A stretch of 61,677 nt of DNA, the filler included, from Choristocarpus tenellus KU-1152 (lineage: Eukaryota > Protista > Phaeophyceae): the NCBI GenBank assembly GCA_964200185.2. It is 11 parts of 11 records of this genome, joined end to end, with 100 filler letters (N's around TTAATTAATTAA, not from the genome) between each part and the next. Parts side by side here need not be neighbours in the genome. Positions count along the whole stretch, not along the records: positions 9,226 to 21,729 come from CAXNAD020001814.1; positions 21,830 to 30,485 come from CAXNAD020004470.1; 9 more parts are not named here. One strand, 5' to 3'. Within the stretch, counting starts at the first letter, position 1. Every line of letters starts with the position of its first letter. Both the position numbers and the translations under genes were made by a program. The notes beneath the pieces are model-generated. The model saw only the letters and a list, made by a program, of their open reading frames with translations. It had not been told where the DNA came from and did not search any database. Of this stretch, positions 13,601-24,900 are shown one piece after another.

Positions 13601-15528
13601 CTGTTAGCACCTGACCCCCATTTGTTTACTTCTACCTAAGAAAGTAAGGGACCTTTCAGCAAGTCCTGATAGCTGTTTACAATGAAGAGTTCGGGTATGG
13701 GCACTACACCTGGGATAGAAGGAGGGATCTGTCTGGTTGTTTTGCACAACTCAAACTCAATCTCGAGTTTGGGTTTTCCCAAGCAAGGAGGCGCTGTATG
13801 GCGAAGACAGGGATAAAAGGTCGGGAGTGCTGGTCACAGGGGCGTTTGCAGACTAGGGGAAGTGGGACCAAGGATGAATGAGGCAAGGGGTAGCATTGTC
13901 AGTGATGGAGAAAAATTTGGTGGATGCTGCCATTGGTAGTGCTCGAAATGTTGAGAGGGCTGATGCCAAGAATTGAGACGAGAAAGTTGAGTTGGTTGTG
14001 GGAGACGTGCTTTCAAAGGGGCAGGCATGTAGTAGTCCTGATCATGTACTACATGTTGGTTAGGGACAACTAGTAAGGGTGAGTGGTAAGGCAATAAAGG
14101 CTATCTGTCAATGGGAGTACGAAAAGACAAGGTTTTCTGCATTTTGAATCCTTGGGAGGAGTAAGGGGTGATCTTGGGAGCCTCAGGAGTTGGGAAGAGG
14201 GTCATTCAGGTGGAATTGGATAGAGGAGGTTCGAGGTCATTAAACCGCAGCTTGAGGAGATGGAATTCTACATCTATACAGAGCACTCCTTAGGAAATGT
14301 GATCTTCTGTCTGGACTTGCTGGCTTGGGTGAATACAAAGAGATAAGACAAACATTGGGGTGGGTCTCTCGTCGATGGGTCTGAGAGGCATCCTGAAACA
14401 CCTGGACTATAGGCTTGCCACGATCTGCTGGTCTCCATCCACCATAAGCACAATTCCAATTCTTTGTAATCATACCACCTTGGTCTTAGCTGGCCTCTCA
14501 CCTCTCTTGTTGTTCTCCCCTTCATGGTACCGCAATCATGTTGTAAGTGTCACGTTGTTGGTATTNNNNNNNNNNCCGCAATCTTGTTTTACGTGTCTCG
14601 TTGTTGCTTTTTCTGTTTTTCTATTACGATACAATACGGTCCAAATTCCTTTCTGAGGTGTTTTTTTTTTCCATGACGAAAACAGTGACCATGTTTCCTT
14701 ACACCCTCATCAGTATCACGTCAGCATATCTCACAGTAACCAACTGTAAGGTGAAAGTGCAACCGTGTAGAACCCCTGGAATATCCCCGTCTGCCCCCCC
14801 CTCTAACCCATCCATCCACCTTGGTAACTCTTCCCCATCTTCCAGCTCCGCTGGGGGAATTTGTCAAGTTGAATATGTCTCCCCCCAATATATTTCCCTC
14901 TGTCTCAAAAGTACTAGGTTGTCTCCTTCTGGGTATCGTCAACCAACTTGCCACAGCGTGTTTGTTTGGATCCACCATCAATGGACCATCAATGGAATGA
15001 ATCCATGTTCTTTGTCGCCACACCGCCTCAGCCTTATCTGATCTCTCACTCCTCTCGTAATTCTACCCTTCGAAGAACAAAGGGGAGAAGTGAGAGATCA
15101 GATAAGGCTGAGGTGGTGTAGTGGCACAGAACATGGATTCATTCCATTGATGGTCCATTGATGGTGGATGCAAACCAGCAGAATGTGGCAAGTTGGTTGC
15201 CCGTGCTCAGAAGGAGATGACCTGGTGCCTTTGAGACGAGAAATGTATTGGGGGGAGACAAATTCAACTTGACAAATATCCACAGCGGAGCTGGAAGATA
15301 GGGAAGAGTTACCAAGGCAGATGGATGGGTTAGAGGGGGGAGCAGGCGGGGGATATTCCAGGGGTTCTACACGTTTGCACTTTCACCTTACAGTTGGTTA
15401 CTGTGAGATATGCTGAAGTGGTAACATGCACGGTCGTTGTGCATCTCAACTTGTGGACTAAAGAAGCGTTTCAGTCACCTCCTTATCCCCTCTCTTTCTC
15501 TCTCTCTCCTTTATTCAATACACTTATC

Positions 15529-15566
<38 letters not shown>

Positions 15567-16295
15567 TTTATTCAATACAATTACCCTTCTTTTCATTGGT
15601 TCTCCTGCACAGCTCCCTTGAGGTCAAGACCAACCTCAGAGAAAAATTACTGGCAGCTGAAGCTAGAGCAGCCGGTGCAACAGAACCTGCTGTGACTGCT
15701 GTGGCTGGAGTGGGAAGTGGGATGGGGGCAGTTGTTGGAAAAGGACCCCTGGGGGGCGGGACAAGTGTTGGTGCGGTTCACCCAGCCTATCTGGCGCGCT
15801 CACAGCGCCCTGGGTGGGAAGCACGGTGGGGGACTGAGGAGGTATGTTGGCTTCGATTTCTGCTTGATTGCTTTTGTACTGGTGTTTTGTGATTCGTAAT
15901 GCAGGTGGTGATGGGTGTTAGTAGGATGTAGAAGAAAGTATGACTATTAATATATATATATTGCCATTTTGCTGATCGTGTCTGGGGAGAGAGTGATAAA
16001 ATATCGAATTTAATGCAGCAGAAGCACCATATTTTGCTGAGGAAGTAGAACTAGCTAGTGTGGTTCAACTTCAATTATCACACTCTTGTGCGTTGAGCAT
16101 AGAGGACAGGTGATCAAGCCAAGCAGATGCTGCTGCGACGATACTACACTTACATGCACTAATTGCCCTCTCGTTTTTGTTGTCTGCTGTGTGTCCCCAT
16201 CTGGTCATGCTTCCTGGATTTTCATCTGTCCGTTTTTTGTGTTCGTTGTGCTCCTTTTATTTATTTATCAGGTGCAGCGTGTGGCAACAGTTTAA
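10669..16295 (+). CDS. Multi-exon gene, 5'-partial: coiled-coil protein with two ARxQRPGWEARWGxEE motifs. Exons 10669-10889, 12254-12336, 13245-13319, 15613-15841, probable last exon 16272-16295
   Basis: All junctions are GT-AG and phase-compatible (0,2,2,0), giving ..ARQQRPGWEARWGLEE..DVVELQEM|VAKYRLHFQEYLISSLGDKNKLMEENR|RLKEELVEKENLLTGVQASYTAYMS|NSLEVKTNLREKLLAAEA..YLARSQRPGWEARWGTEE|VQRVATV*. The last exon is less certain. Confidence 0.8.
11833..11864. repeat. (TGGTA)n microsatellite
   Basis: Direct inspection. Confidence 0.9.
12168..12235. repeat. 15-bp minisatellite TTAAATGCACCTTCC x ~4.5, just upstream of an acceptor site
   Basis: Direct inspection. Confidence 0.95.
12871..12950. repeat. 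40-bp tandem duplication built from GTTGATAGTAGACTA subunits
   Basis: Direct inspection. Confidence 0.9.
14721..15416. repeat. Long intronic inverted repeat (arms 14721-15054 and 15085-15416, ~30-nt loop); candidate hairpin or small-RNA precursor
   Basis: The arms align end to end as reverse complements, roughly 85-90% identical by eye, with the outer ~65 bp almost perfect. Confidence 0.95.
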
Positions 16296-17699
16296 GAGGT
16301 GGAGTGCAGGGAGTCACTTGTAACGCACCGAAGGAAACTCATTGTCGACAACAAGATGTATGTCCACCTTGACTACATGTGCTTACAACTCTTGCACAAA
16401 TAACTGGACTTTGGCATATTTTGTAATGTTTGGTGTTTTGCACTACGGGTTGTGGTGATGTTCGTGTTCTCCAAGCATGCAAACAAGCCCGGTGTCTATT
16501 GGGGGGAGAAACAACCGTAGTCTTAAACACCTTCTAGATATAGTAAGAACCAGCCCCTGGCTGCCTCTTATCTCCAAGCACAGTTCACACTCAGATCTGC
16601 CTTTTAGCAGGTCATACTAGCCTCTCGGTTGCCGTAGGCCATGTGACATTTCTTCTCCCCCACTGTGTTTTTGCATCTTGAGATGCAAGAGTATCAGAAG
16701 GGGTGTAGGGTGGAACCACAGCTCTTTTTTTTGCTAAAGTGGTAACCGGAAGCCCCTCTAAAATTTTGTGGTGGTTGGATTCTTGCTTGCTGCTTGATAA
16801 GGATGTTTGGTAGATGTTTTCGCCATGGATGTATGGCACTCCTTCTGTAGCCTTCGCCAGCACACCCTTGGCCATCAACAGCAGGGCTTCGCTGAATTTT
16901 CTCCTGTTGCCCCTATAATTGTTTGCTATGTGATTTTTTTTATTTTACTATTTATAGTAGTATATGGCAGGTGCGGTGATCCCTCTGCCCCACATGTGGG
17001 TTCAGTTGAATAAATGTTGGAATTTTAAGTGATGTTGAACCTTCAGCACAGTTGGAATTCCAGGCAGAAGACTTCTTTAAGGAGATGCTGTTTAAAGCCC
17101 TCACAACCCATGCACTAGATTTTAGAGGTTAGGTGTGAGTAATTTGCAAAGCAACGAGTAGCCTTACATGAGTCAACCCTCTCAACATTGGATAGGTTAT
17201 TTTTTGGATGTACTATGTAATTGTCACATGATTTTGTGTGCGCTTTCTTCATTGTGCACATAACTAGATTGGAGATTGACCCTCGAACGTGAAATATAAC
17301 TCAAGACTGACACTTACGGTTATCCACCCCTGCGTTTAGCATGGACCCTTTAGTAGCTCTAACCTCAGGAGCAACTGAAAGACATGAGCAGTTTCCATCA
17401 AAGCTCGAAAAGAGTACCCAATACCGCTGTTGTTGTAGTAGAATTTGAGAGGATAGTTCATTCGACAATACAAAATTCCAATCCAATCCCAGCCACAACA
17501 GAGGGTTAAAGGTGTCATTCGTCCAGTGACATCATATTGTAACAAAACGTTAGTGAGACCTGCTGGCTTGGTAGTGTTAGTGTTCATAAGGAAGACTACG
17601 TCTTGAGGATGGTGTGCAAGCACTGAAGTTTGAGCAAGGATGCTGAAGACCTGGCAAGCAAGGGAGGAAATTTGGATGCAACTACCACTTTCCAATCCA

Positions 17700-18478
17700 C
17701 AAACAGGCTTTCTCATAAAGGAATTGAAGGTAGCTGACAAACTGCAGAAGTGGGTGAGACCCTCTGGTGTGTGGAACTTCGTGTTGCCTACACCACAGAG
17801 AAGTGAGAAAGGATCTAACGAGGGGATCATGCTGGTTTTCACCAACACCTGAAAAGCTTCGATGTGGACAAGAGCAAATAAAGGGAGTCTCAATTAATCC
17901 TAGGCAAACCAGGCAGGTTGCTGAGAAAACCAGAACCTATTCTGTAGCGATGGATGACACATTCTCAAGCTTTTCTGAGTGCTAAACCGGGCAAGCTCGA
18001 CCTCACCTTATCACTGGCTCCTTCAAAGCACTGACCACTTACATGCCACTTGTTGATGAGCCCACAATAGAGGTGAAGGGTTCAATAAGTGATTTTGACA
18101 TACGGCAAGGCCACAGGATAAGATGACCTCTCCCTTGTGCAGATTTTCTACATCATACCCTGTAGCGGTTGGAAGTACCTCAGAGATAGAAAAACACGGT
18201 GATCAAAACTCTTTACAAGAAGGAAGCCTCTGCTGAATGTGGGAACTTCACTGGTGATGCATGCTGGTAGAGTGATCCTCTAAGTTGTTACAAGATGCCT
18301 GGGAGCATATATTGAGCAGGAGAATTACTCTTTTACAAGCTCAGGAGCATTGCGGATTTTGACCTCAACAGCCTACGAATGACAGAATGATTGTGACACG
18401 TGTCTTCTAGGAGCTCAGGTGAGCATATAGCATCCCCATACATATGTGCTTCTTTGATCTGCAGAAGGCATGCGATTA
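17700..18478 (+). mobile_element. Degenerate RTE-like LINE, ORF2 (pre-RT region and RT N-terminal motifs)
   Basis: DHAGFHQHLKSF..GRLLRKPEPIL*RW; EVPQR*KNTVIKTLYKK...ECGNF; HAGRVIL; EHCGF*PQQPTND; IPIHMCFFDLQKACD, matching the LINE RT motifs ECGNYRGISL, QCGFRP and MCFIDLxKAYD. Confidence 0.9.
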
Positions 18479-19032
18479 TGCCAAGAAGATATATGTATAT
18501 CTTCACTTTCTTTTTCACCGTTGTGGTACAGTTTGGATCAAAACGGAACAGTCCCATACCATTTGTGTTTTGACGTGACTGAGGGCTGTGTATCTCCTTG
18601 TTGAACGGAACATTATTCACTAGTTGGAGGAGAACTGGGATTCCTGGGGTACCTACATCATAATCCTCACTTCTGGCATTGGTGTAGGGGATGACATTCC
18701 TACTCCTACATTGGTGGGGAAGGGACGAAGATCCATTTGTTATTGCGATACCGACCCTTCCATCTGTGGATGTGTTTTTGTATCGTTGAGGACTGCTTGC
18801 CTTGGTAGGGTAAGTAAGGTGAAGGGGCAGTCATTGGGGGAGGGCCTGCTCTACGACAACTTCCCGTAAGGTTCTAAACTGGAACATATTAGGGGTGTGA
18901 GTCACTGGATGTTGATTGAGGGGCTGGGTTATCAAGTCTTCCTCCACCAAGCAAAAATCCTAGGGTGTTTCATCAGGCCAGGCAGTTAGCATGTGCACTG
19001 TCGACCGTATGGCCATGGCCCGGTACGTGACC

Positions 19033-19228
19033 AGGTCATGTTGAAACAGTCAATGGATATAGACTCGGTCATGTTCAAACTTGGTTATACACGGGCAGTG
19101 ATGGCATTGATCATGTTGAGTGAGTGATAGCCATAGACTCGACCATGTTCGAGCTTGATTTAAATGGCCGGCCAGTGGTACAGGTCATGCTGAGGAAGCA
19201 ATAACATGGACTTGGCCACGTTAGAACA
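19033..19228. repeat. Degenerate tandem repeat with ~77-bp period (~2.6 copies)
   Basis: Recurring TCATGTTGA....ATAGACTCG.CCATGTTC.A.CTTG blocks. Confidence 0.6.
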
Positions 19229-20449
19229 TTTTATCTATATGCTTCCTATTTATATTTAACCACTCTTCTTGAATATTGTATCCTAAATTTCACAATTACC
19301 TTTGCCGTGGCAACATCGGGAAATGACACTACCATCAATAAACCAAACACGAAACATATTACACAATACCTACCACTTACAATATGGCGACATGCTCATC
19401 CTCACAACATACTTCCTCTTCATGGCTCAACTCGGAACAGCATGTATTGTTAGATATATATGAGGGAAGTGGCGTGAGTGGTGAACACTGCGGGTCTACA
19501 TCCTTCAAAATCACAATGTACCTCATTCAACCTACTGCTCCCGCAGTAAAGAAGGAATGGATGCATATAGAGTAAGAGATGAGTAATGTTACAATACGTA
19601 CAGCAGAAGAACAGAAGAAAAATGAGGTGGTGACACAATGCAAGTTGTGAGGTGTGGTTACTTCACCAGAGATTCGGAGTGTCGATAGTGTGCCATATTA
19701 TGCCTGAACAAGTGTGAAGTGTAGTAAGAAGAAACTGAGAAATAGTTGGAAATTCATGTCGGTGACAGAACTGGGGACTAAAAATGTCCCGAAAAATGGA
19801 CGTAATCCGAGTTTTTTGCATTTTGAAGTAACAAAATCGCTGAAACTTAATTGCGAAAATCGTGATTTCGGAACTCAGATCATTTTTTGTATCAATTTTC
19901 ATTGTCCTAGATTGTTCCACGTCCCTTACGACGTTCCCAACACCCCCCGACAGGTTCTGCTGCGAAAAAGTGATTTTTTGGTGCAGAATCTTCTTCCTAT
20001 GCAAGTGTCTTTTTTTGTGTTTAACTTGCACCTCACAAAACACAACGCCACCCATACTGTATTCCCATACTACAAATAATTCGCTGAAGGGTTCCAGGAA
20101 CTGTTAGGAAGTAAGTTTTGGTCTTAGGGTTTAGAACAAATCTATCTGTACCACCAGTCCAACAAGCCCCGATATAGTTCTGTTCACTGGAGCTGTACCA
20201 TGTCCCATACATTTACTAATTTTTCTAGAATCTTCCATGAAACAGTTTTCCTTACCAAGCGAATAAAAAGAAACTAGAACAGTGCTTCAGTATATTTGAC
20301 AACTCACCCTCAGTACAGTGTAGGAATGAGTAATACTTCCGCTTCCTGAGGTAGCATTGGAGATATAATATTGGTCCATTAAACCACCTAAGCCACCCCC
20401 CTGCAAAGAACAGCAAGCACATACATTAAAGTCCATTCAGTCATGTAAT

Positions 20450-20600
20450 ATAGGACGAGTAAGATCCCTGCTATCTGCCAGTCTTAGCATAGCAGCACAT
20501 ACCTGGCAATGAGGTCTTCGGGTCCCCCACTAACCCTCTGTTTGGTATAGACACAATGGTTGACAAGATAATCTACATTCACCATCACAGCAGGATGAAT
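20450..20600 (+). pseudogene. Possible hAT transposase C-terminal (dimerisation) remnant
   Basis: Frameshifted SLSIAA.TYLAMRSS and GIDTMVDKIIYIHHHSR resemble the hAT C-terminal pattern LAxxYLxIPASS..RLxxxxVEKLVFIHxN. Weak. Confidence 0.3.
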
Positions 20601-21693
20601 GCTGAAAATCAAACAGAAGGTAATGAAGGAGGGATAAAGCAAGTGATTGCCCCAAAAGACATTACTGACGCAGACGCAATCTTTTGTCACAATAGTGTGT
20701 TGTTAGATTGCGCCAATGGTTTCCATAAACGTGATGACTTCACACTCAAGATACTTTGGGGGGAGTAAGAAATCTTCAGCAGCCTTCATACAAGATTATC
20801 GTAAGACAGGTATTGCACAGTATGCTCCCATTGTCAAGCCTGAGCCTTCGATGGCCAGCAATATCTTGACCTGTCTAACAACCTGATCCACAGTCTGAAA
20901 GGAACTGAAGGAGCAAGAAGTCCTTCAGGCGTGAGGTAATTTCAGTACTAAGAACCAACAAAACGAACAGCACCTAATGTCTTTCATTCAGCAGTGACGC
21001 AGAGAGAGCTTGCAATGCCTCCTTTGTCTTCTCTGCTTGAATGAATTTAGTTATGTACATTACTTGTGGCTACTTTAATTTGCAGGGCAATGAACTGCTC
21101 TCGTGTGTCTTTTAGTTGGTCCATTCAGTGGTATGGTTGGGGTCGAGAAAATAGTAATCCCCAATTGCTGGAGTTGACTCGTCAATGAACAGGTTATGAG
21201 TTACTCCAGCTACACAACTTTGGGGAGGAGTTAAGGTGTTCACCAAGCACCAAATAATCCCCTCAGCACCCTGGCATTGATACAAGGGAGTTACACGATA
21301 GAAGAGAAACACTCCAGGCTGAGGGTGAAAAAAAAATCATATTAATAGAAGGATTCCAGGTGAGGACAATACAGGTCCCTGTGGTTCATATGGTCCAACA
21401 GTTCTGCAGTTCAATATGTCAACGGTAGCAGCAGTAGTTTCTCAGTGCGTTGAGCATAGAGGGTACCATATTTTGCATCATCAGCGAAGTAATGAATTGT
21501 TTGGAAAATGTAGCAAGAACAATTAATTATAACGCTCATGTCATCCACAAATATCAACACAAATCTCGCTATAGCAGGGGTATAAACTGCAAGGAACTCT
21601 TTAGTCAATTTGATTGCCTCATAAGGAGGGTATACTCCAAGCACAAAAAAAAAACATAACAAGGTTCTCAAAAGAGCTTCTCGGCATAGTTCG

Positions 21694-21729
21694 GACCCAA
21701 AGTATGTGGGGGGGGGGGGACAACACAAA
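21694..21729. mobile_element. MITE family A terminus at contig end
   Basis: GACCCAAAGTATGT-polyG matches the reverse complement of the family A right TIR. Confidence 0.65.
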
Positions 21730-21887
21730 NNNNNNNNNNNNNNNNNNNNNNNNNNNNNNNNNNNNNNNNNNNNTTAATTAATTAANNNNNNNNNNNNNNN
21801 NNNNNNNNNNNNNNNNNNNNNNNNNNNNNGGTATGGAATGCCCTCTTCCAAAGAAAGGAGAAAGTACGGGGGGCTTTTGATAAAAAA

Positions 21888-21921
<34 letters not shown>

Positions 21922-24900
21922 GAACATGCCGCCTGAAAGGTTCATGTCAAGAACCCTCTTTTTTTTTCCTGTAGGACTCTTATCACCGTAAAGATATATA
22001 TATATATATATATGTGTTTAAGTGCTTGTTCCCGAGTTCAGCAATCTCGGCCTTTTTTTTTTTAAGTTTAGTATAGCAGTTTTGGTGTTTCTACAGTACA
22101 GGTAGGCACTACATACTTCAGTTCCAGTTGGCGATCTTCAGCCCAATTCCCCCGTCTTTGGCTCTTGGACTATCTCCTTCTCCAGTCCTGCTCTGCGTCC
22201 CTAATATTCTCCTCGTGTACCTCCCTCTCTCAGGGTGCATTCTCCAACCTGATCCTTGAATCCCATGTCCTCCACCCTCCCCCCCCAACCCCTATTTTTG
22301 TTCTGTTTCATATGGACTACTGTGTGTTTGTATCAAACAATTTGGACGCGATTGACAAGGTGGCAGAGGAGGCGACAGGTCAAGGGCACCCAGATGCAGC
22401 AGTGCAGCGAGCGATTGCTATAATGTCCGTTCGGGGGGAGTTGCAGGAAAAGAACCGTGGCTTTTTGCTGTACCGATTGCGGTAGAAGATGAAAGTACAT
22501 TTGTTTTATTTGCAGAACAAATATTTTTGTTGTGTGGGTATGGGTATCAGGGGTCTGAGGCTGTGCAAGCAAATGAAGATTCTTCCGAGGCGTAGAATAT
22601 TACAAATATTACCGCCTTCCTGTGTGTGTCTTGTTATTTGTCTGTGTTTACATGGTTACGCTTTTCCGCTGTCCCATGCTGTGAGTAGATTTTACTTAGT
22701 TCAGGTTGAGACCATTTTGCTTGGTTTGATTTTGGAGGTGGTGTTCTTACCCACATGTCAAGTGGGTCACACTGTTGATGCTATTGTGTCCACACTCTTT
22801 CCTCAGTGCGGACACAAGTGTTGTTATAGAGAGGGTGGAGGGTGGCGAAGGGTTATGAATGGGCCACATAAGACATGTTGATTCTAGGCAGTAAAATCTC
22901 CCGCTGAGAAATGAGATATATTGATGGGCAATAGAACAACAATAGAATTCACTGTGCGATGAGATTAATCAAACACTTTTTGTACTGTACAACATAAGTT
23001 CTCATACCACACAACCCAACAAGAGGATGGTGTTGGAGGAGAAGAGTTGTCCCTGCATGAAACGATATACTCTGGAGTTTGTATTTTGTGAAGTTGCAAG
23101 TAGAGCGGTTTTTTTTCTTTACCGATAGTTTATTGAAGTTATGGCCATTATCACCATCACCATTATTACCTAAAAAAAAAAACTTGGTGCCAAGGAGAAG
23201 GATTGCACAATCTCTTGATTGACCCTAGGATGCAGGCATCAGTCTGACTGCCTCTTCTCTCTCATCTACCCGGGTGGCATACAGGACCTTGATGCAATGC
23301 ATAATGATGCTAGGTACGCATACTACATGGTAGTAAATGAACCGTTTCTGAGGTTTTACAAATATATTTAATCATACTTCTCTTACTACATTGTTCGAAC
23401 CGTTCTGTCACCCACCATGTCATTGGACTTTCGATCCATCTGAAGGTGTTACTATACCTAGGTCTGAAGGATACTGCCTTGATGCTGCCTACTAGTGTGT
23501 ATGGCATATACACCACCTTCAAGCAGTTCATATACATGTCTAGTTCTGAGTTAAGGGCTGGGTGTAAAACAAAAATAATCAAATGCAACCCTTATACAGG
23601 ATGTGGTCTTAAGTATGTTTGTAACTGTATGTTCAGTGTATTTAATATTTAGATTTTCAAGGAATAATTCTCAGACGAGATAACTGTTCTAATTTGCCCC
23701 AAGTATCCAGATGGAGTTGCTACTTTCGTTGCGATGTGAAATAATATTCCAGTATTAGTGGTGTAGGAGAAAAAAAGCACTAGAGTGTCTTCGCGCTTAG
23801 GACGATTCGGGCAATCCGTTAGCAATTCTATTGTCAGTAGGGAACGGTACGTCAAGTGCTTGAGCTCAAAGAGATACGTACGTACTTCAAAACGTAAGTC
23901 ATCGTAGTCTTGAACTAATTCTAGAATAGGACATTTTTTGTGATGGTGATTTTTGACTGGCTGTGTACGTTCAGTTGTTGACTCCACTACTGCTAAACGA
24001 TGATCGATTGCCATAGATAGGTCTCAATTCCAAGCAAGCTAGAAAAGAATGAAGTATAATGATGATTACGTGGAAGGGAATAATTCGAGTTGAGGTTGAC
24101 TGGGGCTCCCTTCACTTCCAGATTTCCATATATATGTTGACGCTTAATATCCCCCTTCCTACGCACTTGCCCACAGTTATTGTCTTGTTGTCGACACCTT
24201 TTCTTGTCTGCATACCTCGCATTATGGCTAGGTGGGGATATGACCTGAACAATTCAAAATGAGCGTGGCTTGAAGAAGCCTCTTCTCAGTGGGTTGTGCA
24301 CGCACAACACAAAGTGTAGCTATTCGTATCATAAGGCAAAAAATATTACATACTATGTATTCCGCAAGATCGCATAAACAAGCTTGGCGCTGTCATTTCT
24401 TCGAGGGTGGTGTAGTAAGGCCCTTCAAAGTAATTAGGGCTTCTTAAACCATTTGCCTGATTCCCCATTCCCATGCCTGAAATGCCGCCAAATCCTCTTA
24501 TTATCAGGCTGTGTGGCTGTACAAGAGAAGAGGGTCTCGTTCGTCCCCATAAGCATGTAATCATCGTTCAAGCAGAGTGTAAGAAGCACATATATGTACC
24601 ATAAGGCGATCACAAGGAGTCCAAGTACTTAACGACACCCCACTCCAAGATAGGATGAGTCTTGTCATGGTTTTAAAACTTGACATTTGACCTATCCTCT
24701 CATAAGCATAACTAGTAGTAGCAATATGACTTTTTTCGAATTCTACAGTGTTGTTTTTTCTGGGGCTTGGTGGGTGGATGTTTGGTATGTAAAGGAGGGA
24801 GGCACGTAGTATGAAAACATTATTTTGGTTGGAGAGTAGAAAAACACTGAATGCGGAGTATATTTTCACATTTAAGTCTAAACTATATCATCAACAGCAA

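Noticed and set aside
14530-14612. 36-bp direct repeat flanking the 10-N gap
   Set aside because: Looks like an unmerged contig overlap with low-quality base calls.
16612-16905. Terminal exon candidate on the minus strand
   Set aside because: Open frame only; no upstream exons or homology recognised.
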